Below are positions 25,435 to 36,169 of a stretch of 64,000 nt of DNA, in pieces. Each line of letters opens with the position of its first letter. The first letter of the stretch is position 1. The DNA comes from Acidimicrobiales bacterium (GTDB lineage: Bacteria; Actinomycetota; Acidimicrobiia; Acidimicrobiales; GCA-2861595). The stretch covers positions 45,251-109,250 of the forward strand of contig DATLCN010000046.1 of NCBI GenBank assembly GCA_035526335.1. The letters run 5' to 3'. The position numbers and the translations under genes were made by a program. The notes below the pieces were generated by a model. The model did no database searches. It saw only the letters and a program-made list of their open reading frames with translations, and was not told the DNA's origin.

Positions 25435-28165
25435 CACCGCCAGCCAGACCGGGACGCTGACGATCAACGTCGATGGCGACCCGATGCCCGCCCGTCCGGG
25501 AGAGATGCTGATCGCCGCGGCCGAGCGTGGTGGCGTGTACATCCCCAGGTTCTGTTACCACCCCCGTTTGCGCCCGGTCGGCATGTGCCGCATGTGCCTG
25601 GTCGAGGTAAAGGGACCCCGGGGCTTCGGCCTGGCGCCGGCCTGCTTCATCCCGGTGGCCGACGGCCAGGAGGTGATCACCAGGTCGGACAAGGTGAAGA
25701 AGGCTCAGGACGGCGTCCTCGAGTTCCTGCTCGTCAACCATCCGCTCGACTGCCCGGTCTGCGACAAGGGGGGGGAGTGCCCGCTCCAGGACCAGACGCT
25801 GGCCTACGGTCCGGGCGAGACCCGCTTCGTCGAGGAGAAGCGTCACTGGGCCAAGCCCATCGCCCTGTCGGACCTGGTGTCCCTCGACCGGGAGCGCTGC
25901 ATCCAGTGCGATCGCTGCACCCGCTTCGCCGACGAGGTGGCCGGCGACCCCCTGATCGAGTTCAAGGGCCGCGGCGACCACATCGAGGTGGCCACCTTTC
26001 CCGACCAGCCTTTCGCGTCCTACTTCTCGGGCAACACCGTGCAGATCTGCCCGGTGGGCGCTCTGCTGTCCCGGCCCTACCGCTTCAAGGCCCGTCCCTG
26101 GGATCTCGAGCAGGTCGAGAGCACCTGCACCATGTGCAGCGTGGGTTGCCGGATAGCGGTCCAGTCCTCCGGGCCGGAGCTCACCCGCTACATAGGCCTC
26201 GACAGTGACCCCGTCAACCACGGCTGGCTGTGCGACAAGGGGCGCTACAGCTACTCCTACGTGAACTCGCCCGAGCGGCTGTCCCATCCGCTCGTGCGCA
26301 AGAGCGGTGAGATGGTGGAGGCGTCGTGGGGCGAAGCTCTCGAAGCGGCGGCCCGGGGACTGGACGGAGCACGCAGCGTCCACGGCGCCGCCTCCCTCGC
26401 CGTTCTGGGCGGAGCCCGGCTGGCCAACGAGGACGCCTACACCTGGGCCAGGCTGGCCAAGGGAGTGCTCCGTACCGACAACGTCGACGCCCAGCTCGGC
26501 GACGGCCTCCCCGCCGAGGTGGTGCTTGGGCTGCCCCGCGCCACCATCGACGACGCCTGCTCCGCTCCCGCCGTGGTCCTGCTCGCTCCGGACCTCAAGG
26601 AGGAGCTGCCCGTCCTCTACCTGCGTCTGCGGGCTGCGGCGCTCGAGGCCGGCGTGCCGTTCGTGGAGCTGACCCCCCGGAAAACCGGCATGTCGCGCCA
26701 TTGCGAGGCCAGCCTCGCCTACCGGCCGGGTGAGGCGCCGGCGCTGGCCAAGGCGCTGGTCGAAGGGTCGGCGTCAGACGTGGCCGGTGTGCCGGCAGCC
26801 TCGATCGCCACCGCCCACGAACTGCTCGGCGTCGAGGGTGCGGTGGTCGTGCTGGGGCGGCCGTCACTGGCGGAATCGGCCGGCTCCATCGCCGCCGCCG
26901 CGGCGATCCTGGCCGGCGGGCTTCCCGGGTGCCGCTTCCTGCCCGCCCTGCGCCGCGCCAACGTGCTGGGTGCTCTCGACATGGGCCTGGCTCCCGGGCT
27001 GCTCCCTGGTCGCGTCTCGTTGGATGCGGGGCGAGGGTGGTTCACCCAGGCGTGGGGTGGCACCCCCGAGCAGCGGGGCCTCGACGCCGCCGGCATCCTC
27101 GGCGCCGCCGCCGAGGGTCGCATCCAGGGGCTGGTGCTCCTGGGCTCCGACCCGTTGTCCGACTATCCCGACCGCCGCCTTGCCCGCGCCGCCCTGGCCG
27201 GGGCCGGCTTCGTGGTGGCTGTCGACACCTTCCTGACGGCGTCCTCCGGCCAGGCCGACGTCGTGCTGCCCGCCGCCGCCTTCGCGGAGCGGGCCGGCAC
27301 CACCACCAACCTGGAGGGCCGGATCACGCGGCTGGGCCAGAAGATCGTCCCCCCCGGCGTGGCCTGGCCGGACTGGATGATCGCCGCCGAGCTCGCCTTC
27401 CGCCTGGGAGCCGACCTCGGCGTCGAGAGTCTCGAGGAGATCTGGCAGGAGATCGAGCGGGTGGCGCCCTCACACCGCGGGATCAGCCGGGCACTGCTGG
27501 CCGACCGCCGGCACCGTGACGGAGTCGTGGCACCGCTGGCCGACGGGGCGCCGGCCGACCTGCGGCCGCCGCCCGAGGCGGCCACCGGCACGGGCGCCGG
27601 GTCCACCACCGCGGCCGTTCCCGCCGGCGTCGATCCCATGTCGACGCCGGGGGTCGATTCGGTCGAGACCCAGGGCCTACCCGCCACCGACGCCGCGGCC
27701 GCCACCGCCCCCTCTGGAGGCGTGGATCCCGGACCAGAAGGTGCACTGGACCGGGATCCGGAGCCGTCGACGCCGGCGCCCCCGCCGCCGATGCTGACGT
27801 GGGCCGGCGACCACTCGCCGCCACCGCTGGCGCCGCTCGACGGTTACTCGTTGCGGCTGATCACCGGCCGCACGCTCTATGACAGCGGCAGCCTGGTCCA
27901 GCACACGCCGGCGCTGGCCTCGCTGGCCGGCGCCTCCCGGCTGCGGGCCAACCCCTACGACCTCGAGCGACTCGGTCGGGGGCAGGGTGGTCAAGTCCGG
28001 GTCCGCTCCAACCGGGCCACGTTCCTGGCCGAGGCGGTTCCCGACGCCGGCGTGCCTCGGGGTTCGGTCTGGCTGCCGTTCGATGCCGGCGCCGGCGAGA
28101 TCAGCGCCGGCGAGGTCATCGACGCCACCGTCGCCGTCACCGACCTCCGGGTCGAGACACCGTGA
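25427..28165 (+). CDS. nuoG: NADH-quinone oxidoreductase subunit G (long form with a Pro/Ala/Thr-rich insertion)
   Basis: CYHPRL..GMCRMCLVEV, HPLDCPVCDKGGECPLQD and CIQCDRCTRF cluster motifs. A molybdopterin-like domain follows. A low-complexity insert lies at about 27.55-27.8 kb. Confidence 0.92.
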   Translation: MADTASQTGTLTINVDGDPMPARPGEMLIAAAERGGVYIPRFCYHPRLRPVGMCRMCLVEVKGPRGFGLAPACFIPVADGQEVITRSDKVKKAQDGVLEFLLVNHPLDCPVCDKGGECPLQDQTLAYGPGETRFVEEKRHWAKPIALSDLVSLDRERCIQCDRCTRFADEVAGDPLIEFKGRGDHIEVATFPDQPFASYFSGNTVQICPVGALLSRPYRFKARPWDLEQVESTCTMCSVGCRIAVQSSGPELTRYIGLDSDPVNHGWLCDKGRYSYSYVNSPERLSHPLVRKSGEMVEASWGEALEAAARGLDGARSVHGAASLAVLGGARLANEDAYTWARLAKGVLRTDNVDAQLGDGLPAEVVLGLPRATIDDACSAPAVVLLAPDLKEELPVLYLRLRAAALEAGVPFVELTPRKTGMSRHCEASLAYRPGEAPALAKALVEGSASDVAGVPAASIATAHELLGVEGAVVVLGRPSLAESAGSIAAAAAILAGGLPGCRFLPALRRANVLGALDMGLAPGLLPGRVSLDAGRGWFTQAWGGTPEQRGLDAAGILGAAAEGRIQGLVLLGSDPLSDYPDRRLARAALAGAGFVVAVDTFLTASSGQADVVLPAAAFAERAGTTTNLEGRITRLGQKIVPPGVAWPDWMIAAELAFRLGADLGVESLEEIWQEIERVAPSHRGISRALLADRRHRDGVVAPLADGAPADLRPPPEAATGTGAGSTTAAVPAGVDPMSTPGVDSVETQGLPATDAAAATAPSGGVDPGPEGALDRDPEPSTPAPPPPMLTWAGDHSPPPLAPLDGYSLRLITGRTLYDSGSLVQHTPALASLAGASRLRANPYDLERLGRGQGGQVRVRSNRATFLAEAVPDAGVPRGSVWLPFDAGAGEISAGEVIDATVAVTDLRVETP

Positions 28166-29343
28166 TCCTCGCCGGAGACCCGCTCTTCGTCGGTGGCGTC
28201 GACGGCGCCGTGATCCTGATCGTGCTCCTCAAGACCGGCGTCGCCTTCGCCGCCCTCATGGTCTCGGTGCTGTTCATGGTGTGGTTCGAGCGCAAGCTGG
28301 TCTCCGACATGCAGAACCGGATCGGCCCGAACCGGGCCGGACCGTGGGGAACGCTGCAGACGCTGGCCGACGGCATCAAGCTGTTCTTCAAGGAGGACCT
28401 CCTCCCGGAGCAGGCCGACCGGCGCATCTTCCGCCTGGCGCCGTACCTGTCTATCGTTCCCGCCTTCCTGGCCTTCGCCATCGTGCCCCTGGGAGGGACC
28501 ATCGAGGTCGCCGGGCGGGAGACCCGCCTCCAGCTGGCCGATCCTCCGGTAGGCATCCTGTTTCTGCTGGCCATGTCGTCGGTCGCCGTCTATGGCGTGA
28601 TGCTGGCCGGCTGGTCGTCGGGCTCGAAGTACCCGCTCCTCGGTTCGGTGAGGGCGTCGGCCCAGATGGTCTCCTACGAGGCCGCCCTCGGTCTGTCGGT
28701 GGCCGCGGTGGTCCTGGTCACCGGGTCCCTTCTCACCAGTGACATCGTCTCGGAGCAGTCGCACTCACTCTTCGACTGGAACCTGTTCCGCCTCGGGTTC
28801 CTGCCCTTCGGCATCTTCCTGCTGGCGGCGACGGCCGAGCTGAACCGGCCTCCCTTCGACCTCGTGGAGGCGGAACAGGAACTGGTGGGTGGGTTCCACA
28901 CCGAGTACTCCTCGTTGCGCTTCGCCCTGTTCTTCCTGGCCGAGTTCATGAACACGGTCACCATGTCCGCCATCGTGGTGACCCTCTTCCTCGGCGGGCC
29001 GAGCGGGCCCGGTCCCGACAGCGGCTTCCCCGGCGCCCTGCTCCCGGTGTTCTGGTTCCTGGCCAAGCTGATGATCTTCCTCTTCACCTACGTGTGGCTG
29101 CGGGCCACTCTGCCGCGTTTGCGCTACGACCAGCTGATGGATCTCGGCTGGAAGAAGCTGATCCCGCTGTCGTTGTTCTGGCTGCTCGTCCTCGCCGCCA
29201 TGATGCTCGACCGCACGTACGGATTCGCCGTCTTCGCCGGCGGTGTCGTCCTGGCCGGTCTGCTCCTGCGGGCGGTACAGGTGGGCCAGGGCGTCACCGA
29301 CGACGCCGCTGCGGCCAAGGCCGCATTCCGAGAGGCAGGCTGA
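28162..29343 (+). CDS. nuoH: NADH-quinone oxidoreductase subunit H
   Basis: ERKLVSDMQNRIGPNR and ELNRPPFDLVEAEQELVGGFHTEYS. Confidence 0.93.
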   Translation: MILAGDPLFVGGVDGAVILIVLLKTGVAFAALMVSVLFMVWFERKLVSDMQNRIGPNRAGPWGTLQTLADGIKLFFKEDLLPEQADRRIFRLAPYLSIVPAFLAFAIVPLGGTIEVAGRETRLQLADPPVGILFLLAMSSVAVYGVMLAGWSSGSKYPLLGSVRASAQMVSYEAALGLSVAAVVLVTGSLLTSDIVSEQSHSLFDWNLFRLGFLPFGIFLLAATAELNRPPFDLVEAEQELVGGFHTEYSSLRFALFFLAEFMNTVTMSAIVVTLFLGGPSGPGPDSGFPGALLPVFWFLAKLMIFLFTYVWLRATLPRLRYDQLMDLGWKKLIPLSLFWLLVLAAMMLDRTYGFAVFAGGVVLAGLLLRAVQVGQGVTDDAAAAKAAFREAG

Positions 29344-29347
29344 CGCA

Positions 29348-29956
29348 ATGGGTTATCTCGACGGGTTCAGGATCACGTTCAAGACGCTGTTCGACGATCG
29401 TGTCACGACCCAGTACCCCGAGGAGAAGCGTCCGAAGCCCGAGCGGCTCCACGGCCGCCACGTGCTCAACCGCTACGAGGACGGCATGGAGAAGTGCATC
29501 GGGTGCGAGCTCTGCGCCGGCGTGTGCCCCGCCCGCTGCATCTACGTCCGCGGTGCCGACAACCCGCCGGAGGCGCCGGTGTCCCCGGGAGAGCGTTTCG
29601 GGTTCGTCTACGAGATCAACTATCTGCGCTGCATCCACTGCGACCTGTGCGTGGAGGCGTGTCCCACCGAGGCCATCACCGAGGGCAAGCTCTTCGAGTT
29701 CTCCTTCACCAACCGCCAGGACGCCATCTACACCAAAGAGGAGCTGGTGGTGGACGACGAGGGCCGGCCCCGCCAGATGCCGTGGGAGGACTGGCGCGAC
29801 GGTGAGGACGTTCACACCTCGGCGTGGGTGCGGGCCACGGCCCCGTCGGGGGCCGCTGAGTTCGAGGGCAAGGTCCAGTGGTCGGGCGAGCTCGGTTACG
29901 GCGTTCGCTCACCCGAGGTGGGGCAGTCCCAGGACCAGCACGGCGACGGCGCGTAG
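29348..29956 (+). CDS. nuoI: NADH-quinone oxidoreductase subunit I
   Basis: CIGCELCAGVCP and CIHCDLCVEACP (two 4Fe-4S motifs). ATG start at 29348. Confidence 0.92.
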   Translation: MGYLDGFRITFKTLFDDRVTTQYPEEKRPKPERLHGRHVLNRYEDGMEKCIGCELCAGVCPARCIYVRGADNPPEAPVSPGERFGFVYEINYLRCIHCDLCVEACPTEAITEGKLFEFSFTNRQDAIYTKEELVVDDEGRPRQMPWEDWRDGEDVHTSAWVRATAPSGAAEFEGKVQWSGELGYGVRSPEVGQSQDQHGDGA

Positions 29957-30004
29957 CGGGTCGATCAGGACTCCGGGAGGGCGGCTCGGCTAGCCTCCGG
30001 GCTC

Positions 30005-30610
30005 GTGCTGGCCGCCACCAAGGTCGACATCGCCGTGTTCGGCGCTTCGGCGGCCATAGTGCTGTCCGGGGCGATCGGCGTGGTGATCTCGGCCAATCCC
30101 GTCCACGCCGCGCTGGCGTTGGTGATGACGCTTTTCGGCGTCGCCGTGCTCTTCGTGGCCCAGGAAGCGCACTTCCTGGCCGCCGTCCAGGTGATCGTCT
30201 ACGCCGGCGCCATCGTGGTGCTGTTCCTGTTCGTGATCATGCTCCTAGGAGTCGACCGGAAGGAGAATGTCGCCCAGGAACAGCTGCGGGGTCAGCGCCC
30301 CATCGCGTTCCTGCTCGGAATGATCACCATTGCCGAGCTCGTGCTGCTCACCCGTGGGACGGGTTGGGTCACCGGTGCCGAGGCCGTGGTGGGCAAGGCG
30401 AGTGGTCCCGGTACCAACGTCGAGAAGCTGGCCACCTCCTTGTTCACGCGGTACCTGCTCGCCTTCGAGATGACGTCCGTGCTGCTCGTGATCGCCGTGG
30501 TCGGTGCCGTGGTGCTTGCCCGCCGCCCACCTCCGGAGCCGCCGGGCTCCGAGGCCGCCCTGGATGCCGACGTCGAGGTCTTCGCCCCCGAGGAGCTCCC
30601 GGTTCCATGA
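30005..30610 (+). CDS. nuoJ: NADH-quinone oxidoreductase subunit J
   Basis: Five-TM protein with [20 protein letters not shown]. Operon position between nuoI and nuoK. Confidence 0.88.
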   Translation: MLAATKVDIAVFGASAAIVLSGAIGVVISANPVHAALALVMTLFGVAVLFVAQEAHFLAAVQVIVYAGAIVVLFLFVIMLLGVDRKENVAQEQLRGQRPIAFLLGMITIAELVLLTRGTGWVTGAEAVVGKASGPGTNVEKLATSLFTRYLLAFEMTSVLLVIAVVGAVVLARRPPPEPPGSEAALDADVEVFAPEELPVP

Positions 30611-30623
30611 GCAGCCCCGCTTC

Positions 30624-30929
30624 ATGAGCGTCGACGGGGGCTGGTACCTGACACTGGCGGCGATGCTCTTCACCATCGGCGCCGTCGGCCTCCTCGTTCG
30701 CCGCAACGTCCTGGTGATGTTCATGTGTGTAGAGCTCATGCTCAACGCCGTCAACCTCACCTTCGTCACCTTCGCCCGCATGCTCGACGACATAGGCGGA
30801 CAGGCCCTGGTCTTCTTCGTGCTGGTGGTAGCCGCGGCCGAAGTCGTGGTCGGGCTCGGCATCATCGTCTCCATCTTCCGGCGCCGCGGCGGCACCACCG
30901 CCGACGACCTCCACCTCCTCAAGGGATAG
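30624..30929 (+). CDS. nuoK: NADH-quinone oxidoreductase subunit K
   Basis: 101-aa, 3-TM protein with [12 protein letters not shown] and [11 protein letters not shown]. Confidence 0.9.
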   Translation: MSVDGGWYLTLAAMLFTIGAVGLLVRRNVLVMFMCVELMLNAVNLTFVTFARMLDDIGGQALVFFVLVVAAAEVVVGLGIIVSIFRRRGGTTADDLHLLKG

Positions 30930-30940
30930 CCCGGCCCAGC

Positions 30941-32890
30941 TTGCTCGACGTCGCCTATCTCATCCCCGCCCTGCCCCTCGCCGGCTTCGCCGTGCTGGTC
31001 TGCCTCGGACGCCGCGCCGGGGATCCCGGGGCCGGCTGGGTGGCCACCTCCGCCATCGGCCTGGCCTTCGTGTGCACCTTCCTCACGTTGCTGGAGCTGC
31101 TCGGCGAGAACGAGCACGCCCGTTCCGTCTCCAAGCCCATCTTCACCTGGATCAGGGCCGGCGGCTTCGAGGTGAAGGCCGGCCTCTTGATCGACCCGCT
31201 GTCGGTCACCATGGCCCTCTTCGTCACGGGCGTGGGGACCCTCATCCACCTCTACTCCATCGGCTACATGAAGGGCGACGAGCGCTACCCCCGGTTCTTC
31301 GTGTACCTGAACCTGTTCGCCTTCTCCATGCTCATGCTCGTCCTGGGGGACAGCTTCCTGCTCACGTTCCTGGGGTGGGAGGGGGTGGGTGCGTGCTCCT
31401 ACCTCCTCATCTCCTTCTGGTTCGAGCGCAACTCGGCGGCCAGCGCCGGCAAGAAGGCCTTCGTCGTCAACCGGGTCGGCGACTTCGGGTTCATGAGCGC
31501 CATCTTCCTCATCTTCGCCACCTTCGGGACCCTCGACTACAACGGCGTTCTCTCCAGGGTCGACGTGCTCACGACGACCACGGCCACTGCCATCGCCCTG
31601 CTGCTCTTCGTCGGCGCCTGCGGGAAGTCGGCGCAGCTTCCGCTGTTCGTGTGGCTCCCCGACGCCATGGAGGGCCCGACGCCGGTGTCGGCGCTCATCC
31701 ATGCCGCCACCATGGTGACCGCCGGGGTCTACCTGATGGCCCGGGTCAATCCCATCCTCGCCCTTTCCGACGACGCCCTCACCGTCATCGCCGTGGTCGG
31801 CGTGGCCACGGCCTTCTTCGCCGCCACCGTCGCCTGCGCCCAGAACGACATCAAGCGGGTCCTCGCCTACTCCACCGTCTCCCAACTCGGGTTCATGTTC
31901 CTCGCCATCGGTTCGGGGGCCTATGTCGCCGCCATCTTCCACATGGTCACCCACGCCTTCTTCAAGGCCCTGCTGTTCCTGGGCGCCGGCTCGGTCATCC
32001 ACGGGCTCCACGACCAGCAGGACATGAAGCACATGGGAGCCCTGCGCCGGCTCATGCCCGTCACCGCCGTCACATTCATCGTCGGCTGGCTGGCCATCGC
32101 CGGCGTGCCCCCGTTCGCCGGCTTCTGGTCCAAGGACGACATCCTGCTGGGCGCCTACGACAAGAGCCCCCTGCTCTGGGGCGTCGGGTTGGTCACGGCT
32201 CTGTTGACCGCCTATTACATGAGCCGCCAGGTGTTCCTCGTCTTCTACGGCGGGGAGCGGTGGAAGGAGGCGCCGGCGGCGGACGCCGATGCGCGTGCCG
32301 GCGCCCTCGACGAGGGTGGTCACGGCGGTGGGCACGGGGGCGGGCACGGCCGCGCTCCCCATGAGGGTCCCTGGGTCATGACCCTGCCCCTCGTGGTGCT
32401 GGCCGGTCTGGCCGCGGTGGGCGGCCTGCTCAACCTGCCGTTCGGCAACTGGGCCCGCCTCGAGCACTGGCTCGAGCCCATCTTCGGCGACAACCTCCGC
32501 AACGTGGTGGCCACCTCGGGTCACAAGCAGGCACTCGCCGCCTCCGCCGGCGCCGCCGCCCTGGCCGGGATCGCCATCGCCTACAGCATCTTCGTCCGGG
32601 GCCGGCGCACCACCGCCTTCGAGCCGCCCATACTCCAACGGGCCTGGGGCATCGACGCCTTTTACTCCAGGCTCATCGAGAAGCCGGGCCAAGCCCTGTC
32701 GGACTTCGCCGCCCGGGTGATCGACGCCAGGGTCATCGACGGCGCCGTCAACGGGATCGCCTCGGCAGTCCGCTCCGGCGGGGGCCAGCTGCGCAAGGTG
32801 CAGACCGGGTACGTGCGCAACTACGCCCTCGGCGTGGCGTTCGGGGCGACCGTGCTGCTCGGCCTCGTCGTCGTCAGGACGGGGGCCTGA
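30941..32890 (+). CDS. nuoL: NADH-quinone oxidoreductase subunit L
   Basis: Antiporter-like motifs: FLGWEGVGACSYLLISFW, GKSAQLPLFVWLPDAMEGPTPVSALIHAATMVTAG. TTG start at 30941 inferred. Confidence 0.9.
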   Translation: MLDVAYLIPALPLAGFAVLVCLGRRAGDPGAGWVATSAIGLAFVCTFLTLLELLGENEHARSVSKPIFTWIRAGGFEVKAGLLIDPLSVTMALFVTGVGTLIHLYSIGYMKGDERYPRFFVYLNLFAFSMLMLVLGDSFLLTFLGWEGVGACSYLLISFWFERNSAASAGKKAFVVNRVGDFGFMSAIFLIFATFGTLDYNGVLSRVDVLTTTTATAIALLLFVGACGKSAQLPLFVWLPDAMEGPTPVSALIHAATMVTAGVYLMARVNPILALSDDALTVIAVVGVATAFFAATVACAQNDIKRVLAYSTVSQLGFMFLAIGSGAYVAAIFHMVTHAFFKALLFLGAGSVIHGLHDQQDMKHMGALRRLMPVTAVTFIVGWLAIAGVPPFAGFWSKDDILLGAYDKSPLLWGVGLVTALLTAYYMSRQVFLVFYGGERWKEAPAADADARAGALDEGGHGGGHGGGHGRAPHEGPWVMTLPLVVLAGLAAVGGLLNLPFGNWARLEHWLEPIFGDNLRNVVATSGHKQALAASAGAAALAGIAIAYSIFVRGRRTTAFEPPILQRAWGIDAFYSRLIEKPGQALSDFAARVIDARVIDGAVNGIASAVRSGGGQLRKVQTGYVRNYALGVAFGATVLLGLVVVRTGA

Positions 32891-32892
32891 CG

Positions 32893-34533
32893 ATGGGGTC
32901 CGACTTCCCGATCCTGAGCGTGATCGTCACGCTCCCGGCGCTCGGCGCCGTGCTCGTTGCCCTGCTCCCCCGGTCGCGGGAGGACCTCATCCGCAATGTC
33001 GGCCTGGTGGCCAGCCTGGGGGTGGCCGTTCTCACGATCATCCTTGCGGTCGACTTCGAGGCCGGCGTCGCCGGCTACCAGTTCCTGAGCGAGCACAGCT
33101 GGATCGAGGACTTCGGGATCTCCTGGATTCTCGGCGTCGACGGCATCTCGCTCTTCCTCGTGGTGCTCTCGGGCGTGCTGTTCCCCATAGCCCTGTACGG
33201 CCCCAAGGTCCACAAGGACCTGAAGTCGTACGTGGCGTGGATGCTCGTTCTCGAAGCCGGCTGCCTCGGTTCGTTCCTGTCCCTCGACCTCTTCCTGTTC
33301 TTCCTGTTCTTCGAGATCACCCTCGTTCCCATGTACTTCATCATCGGAGGTTGGGGCTACGACAACCGGGTCTACGCCTCGGTCAAGTTCTTTCTCTACA
33401 CGCTGTTCGGCTCGGCCTTCATGCTCGTCGGGATGCTGGCGCTGGTGTACCTCTCGGCCAAGGGGCGGGCGCCGGTGACCTTCGACATCCGGGAGCTGGC
33501 CGAGCGTGGCTCCGTCACCGGCGACACCGCCCGCTGGATCTTCCTCGCCTTCATGGCTGCCTTCGCGGTGAAGGTCCCGTTGTTCCCGGTCCACACCTGG
33601 CTGCCCGACGCCCACACCGAGGCGCCCACTGCGGGCTCGGTGATCCTGGCCGGTGTGCTCCTGAAACTCGGGACCTACGGCATCGTCCGCTTCGGGCTCA
33701 CCCTCTTCCCGCAGGCGGCGGTGGACCTGGCCCCGCTCCTGCTCACTCTCGCCGTCATCGGGATCATCTACGGGGCACTGGTGGCCACCGTGCAGAAGGA
33801 CCTCAAACGGCTGGTGGCCTATTCGTCGGTGGCCCACCTCGGGTTCATCGTGCTCGGCACCTTTGCGTTCACGAACCAGGGACTGTCCGGCGGGGTGCTC
33901 CAGATGGTCAACCACGGCCTGTCGACCGGAGCCCTCTTCCTTCTCGTCGGCATGATCTACGAGCGTCGCCACACCCGCCAGATCGCCGAGCTCAATGGTC
34001 TGCAGAAGTCGATGCCCCTGCTCGCCGCCGTCTTCACCGTGGTGATGATGTCGTCGATCGGACTGCCGGGCCTCAACGGCTTCGTCGGCGAGTTCCTCAT
34101 CCTCATCGGCACCTTCGTCGCCCACCGCTGGTGGGCCGTGGTGGCCACCGGCGGGGTCGTCCTCGCCGCCCTCTACCTGTTGTGGGCCTACCAGAGGGTG
34201 TTCCACGGCACGCCCACGGGCGACAACGTCGGCCTCGCCGACATGACCCGCAGGGAGAAGACGGTGATGGCGCCCCTGGTGGTGCTGATCGTGTTCCTCG
34301 GCATCTACCCCAAGCCGGTGCTCGATCGCATCGACCCGTCCGTGGACCGTCTCATCGACCATGTCGAGTCCCGCACCGACTACCGCCAACCTGCGGTGGC
34401 CGCCGACCTGGCGGGCAACACCAGGGCCGCCGAACGCGGAATCGCGCGGCAGCAGGCCGGGGTCGAGGCGGAGGAGCGGGCCGCGACGGAGCACGAGGGC
34501 GCCGGCCACATCCACCCGGGGGCTCACCGATGA
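32893..34533 (+). CDS. nuoM: NADH-quinone oxidoreductase subunit M
   Basis: FFEITLVPMYFIIGGWG and KVPLFPVHTWLPDAHTEAPTAGSVILAGVLLKLG. Has a hydrophilic C-terminal tail. Confidence 0.92.
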   Translation: MGSDFPILSVIVTLPALGAVLVALLPRSREDLIRNVGLVASLGVAVLTIILAVDFEAGVAGYQFLSEHSWIEDFGISWILGVDGISLFLVVLSGVLFPIALYGPKVHKDLKSYVAWMLVLEAGCLGSFLSLDLFLFFLFFEITLVPMYFIIGGWGYDNRVYASVKFFLYTLFGSAFMLVGMLALVYLSAKGRAPVTFDIRELAERGSVTGDTARWIFLAFMAAFAVKVPLFPVHTWLPDAHTEAPTAGSVILAGVLLKLGTYGIVRFGLTLFPQAAVDLAPLLLTLAVIGIIYGALVATVQKDLKRLVAYSSVAHLGFIVLGTFAFTNQGLSGGVLQMVNHGLSTGALFLLVGMIYERRHTRQIAELNGLQKSMPLLAAVFTVVMMSSIGLPGLNGFVGEFLILIGTFVAHRWWAVVATGGVVLAALYLLWAYQRVFHGTPTGDNVGLADMTRREKTVMAPLVVLIVFLGIYPKPVLDRIDPSVDRLIDHVESRTDYRQPAVAADLAGNTRAAERGIARQQAGVEAEERAATEHEGAGHIHPGAHR

Positions 34534-36071
34534 GCCCGGCGCTGCTCGCCCAGGTGGGTGGCACCACCCGCCCACCCCTCGAGTTGCCGGACGTCGAGTA
34601 CTCGGCGATGGCGCCGGCCCTGATCCTGATCGCCGGCGCACTGATCCTCCTGGTGTGGGTGTCGGTGGTGCGGCGCCGGCCTCCCTGGCTGTGGGCGGTC
34701 TTCACCCTCGCCACCGGCGCCGCCTCGATGGGTGCCTCGTTGTGGCTCTGGTTCGACGTGCGCGACGACGGAGCCCGGCGGGCGGTTTCCGACGCCCTGG
34801 CCATCGACGGGTTCTCGGTGTTCTTCTTCGTCCTGATCGGCGTCGCCGTGATCCTCGGCGCCCTGCTGGGCGAGGGATACCTCCGGCGGGAGGGGTTCGG
34901 TGGTCCCGAGTTCTACGTCCTGATGCTGCTGTCCGCCTCCGGTGCGATGTTCATGGCCGCGGCCAACGACCTCATCGTGGTGTTCCTCGGGCTGGAGATC
35001 CTCTCGATCGCCCTGTACGTGCTCGCCGGATTCCACGGCCGGCGCCTCGAATCGCGCGAGGCGGCGATGAAGTACTTCGTGCTCGGCGCCTTCTCCTCGG
35101 CCCTGTTCCTGTACGGCGTGGCCCTGGTCTACGGGGCCACCGGCTCCACCAACCTCGTCGGCATCGCCCGATACCTGGCTGACAATCTCGCCCTCAACAA
35201 CGGCGTGCTGCTGGCCGGCATGGCCCTGCTCCTGGTCGGCCTGGGGTTCAAGGTGGCGATCGTGCCCTTCCACACCTGGACGCCCGACGTGTACCAGGGG
35301 GCGCCCTCACCGGCCACCGGCTTCATGGCCGCCGCGGCCAAGGCCGCCGGTTTTGCCGCGTTGCTCAGGATCTTCTTCTCCACCTTCTCCACCCTGCGCC
35401 TCGACTGGCAGCCGGTCATCTGGGGCCTGGCCATCGTCACCCTGCTGGTGGGATCGGTGCTGGCCGTGGTGCAGACCGACATCAAACGCATGCTGGCGTA
35501 CTCCTCCATCAGCCACGCCGGATACGTCCTCATCGGCCTCCAGGCCGGCAGCACCAACGGCATCGCCGGGTCGCTGTTCTACCTGCTGGCCTACACGTTC
35601 CTCGTGATCGGCAGCTTCGCCGTGATCACCGCCGTCGGTCGACGGGGCGACTCCCGTCACTCCCTCGGCACCTACCAGGGCCTGGCGGCCAGCCGGCCCG
35701 CTCTGGCGATGGCTTTCGCCGTCCTGCTGCTGGCTCAGGCCGGCGTGCCGTTCACCACCGGGTTCCTGGCCAAGTTCTACGTGATCTCCGCGGCCGTCGA
35801 GTCGAAGTCGTACGCCCTGGCATTGATCGGCATGTTGTCCGCTGTGGTGGCCGCCTTCTTCTACCTGAGGGTGACGGTGCTGATGTACATGACGCCGGCA
35901 CCGGCCGACGAGGGCGCGGGCCTGAGCGGAGGCGTGGTGCAGGTGCCGCCGCGCCTCCCCCTGCCCCTCACGACGTGCATCGCGGTGGCCGTGGCCGTTG
36001 CTTTCACCATCGGCTTCGGCCTGCTCCCCTCGCCCATGGTCCATTTCGCCCGCCAGGCCACGTTGCTTTGA
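34530..36071 (+). CDS. nuoN: NADH-quinone oxidoreductase subunit N
   Basis: FLGLEILSIALYVLAG and KVAIVPFHTWTPDVYQGAPSPATGFM. ATG 34530 overlaps the nuoM stop (ATGA). Confidence 0.92.
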   Translation: MSPALLAQVGGTTRPPLELPDVEYSAMAPALILIAGALILLVWVSVVRRRPPWLWAVFTLATGAASMGASLWLWFDVRDDGARRAVSDALAIDGFSVFFFVLIGVAVILGALLGEGYLRREGFGGPEFYVLMLLSASGAMFMAAANDLIVVFLGLEILSIALYVLAGFHGRRLESREAAMKYFVLGAFSSALFLYGVALVYGATGSTNLVGIARYLADNLALNNGVLLAGMALLLVGLGFKVAIVPFHTWTPDVYQGAPSPATGFMAAAAKAAGFAALLRIFFSTFSTLRLDWQPVIWGLAIVTLLVGSVLAVVQTDIKRMLAYSSISHAGYVLIGLQAGSTNGIAGSLFYLLAYTFLVIGSFAVITAVGRRGDSRHSLGTYQGLAASRPALAMAFAVLLLAQAGVPFTTGFLAKFYVISAAVESKSYALALIGMLSAVVAAFFYLRVTVLMYMTPAPADEGAGLSGGVVQVPPRLPLPLTTCIAVAVAVAFTIGFGLLPSPMVHFARQATLL

Positions 36072-36169
36072 CAGGCGGGCGGGCCTGGGTGCGCCCGAAC
36101 GGCACCGGCTCCGCCCCCTCTGCGCCGGCCTCATTGCGGATGCCACCAAATTACGCCAAGGTTGTATCC

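Noticed and set aside
30245-34641. Very long antisense ORFs opposite nuoJ-nuoM (30245-32692, 815 aa; 32821-34641, 606 aa). Similar ORFs lie opposite hemA/hemC (7448-9379), the bc genes (17013-18860), nuoD/F/G (22159-23721, 24022-25542, 25406-26701), hemL (11958-13190), wzx (45814-47364) and the PP2C gene (3789-5117).
   Set aside because: Their composition is dominated by Arg, Gly, Pro, Asp, Glu and His. They lack motifs and are each fully nested opposite a confidently identified gene. This is the typical stop-codon-poor antisense frame of a very GC-rich genome.
33237-36071. 944-aa ORF that would fuse an alternative frame over nuoM with nuoN. Likewise the 721-aa ORF 30725-32890 extending nuoL upstream, and ORF 9126-10922 extending cobA/hemD over hemC.
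   Set aside because: The upstream portions are Arg/Pro/Gly-rich out-of-frame readings of the preceding genes. Recognisable protein sequence starts only at the internal starts I used: 34530, 30941 and 9441.
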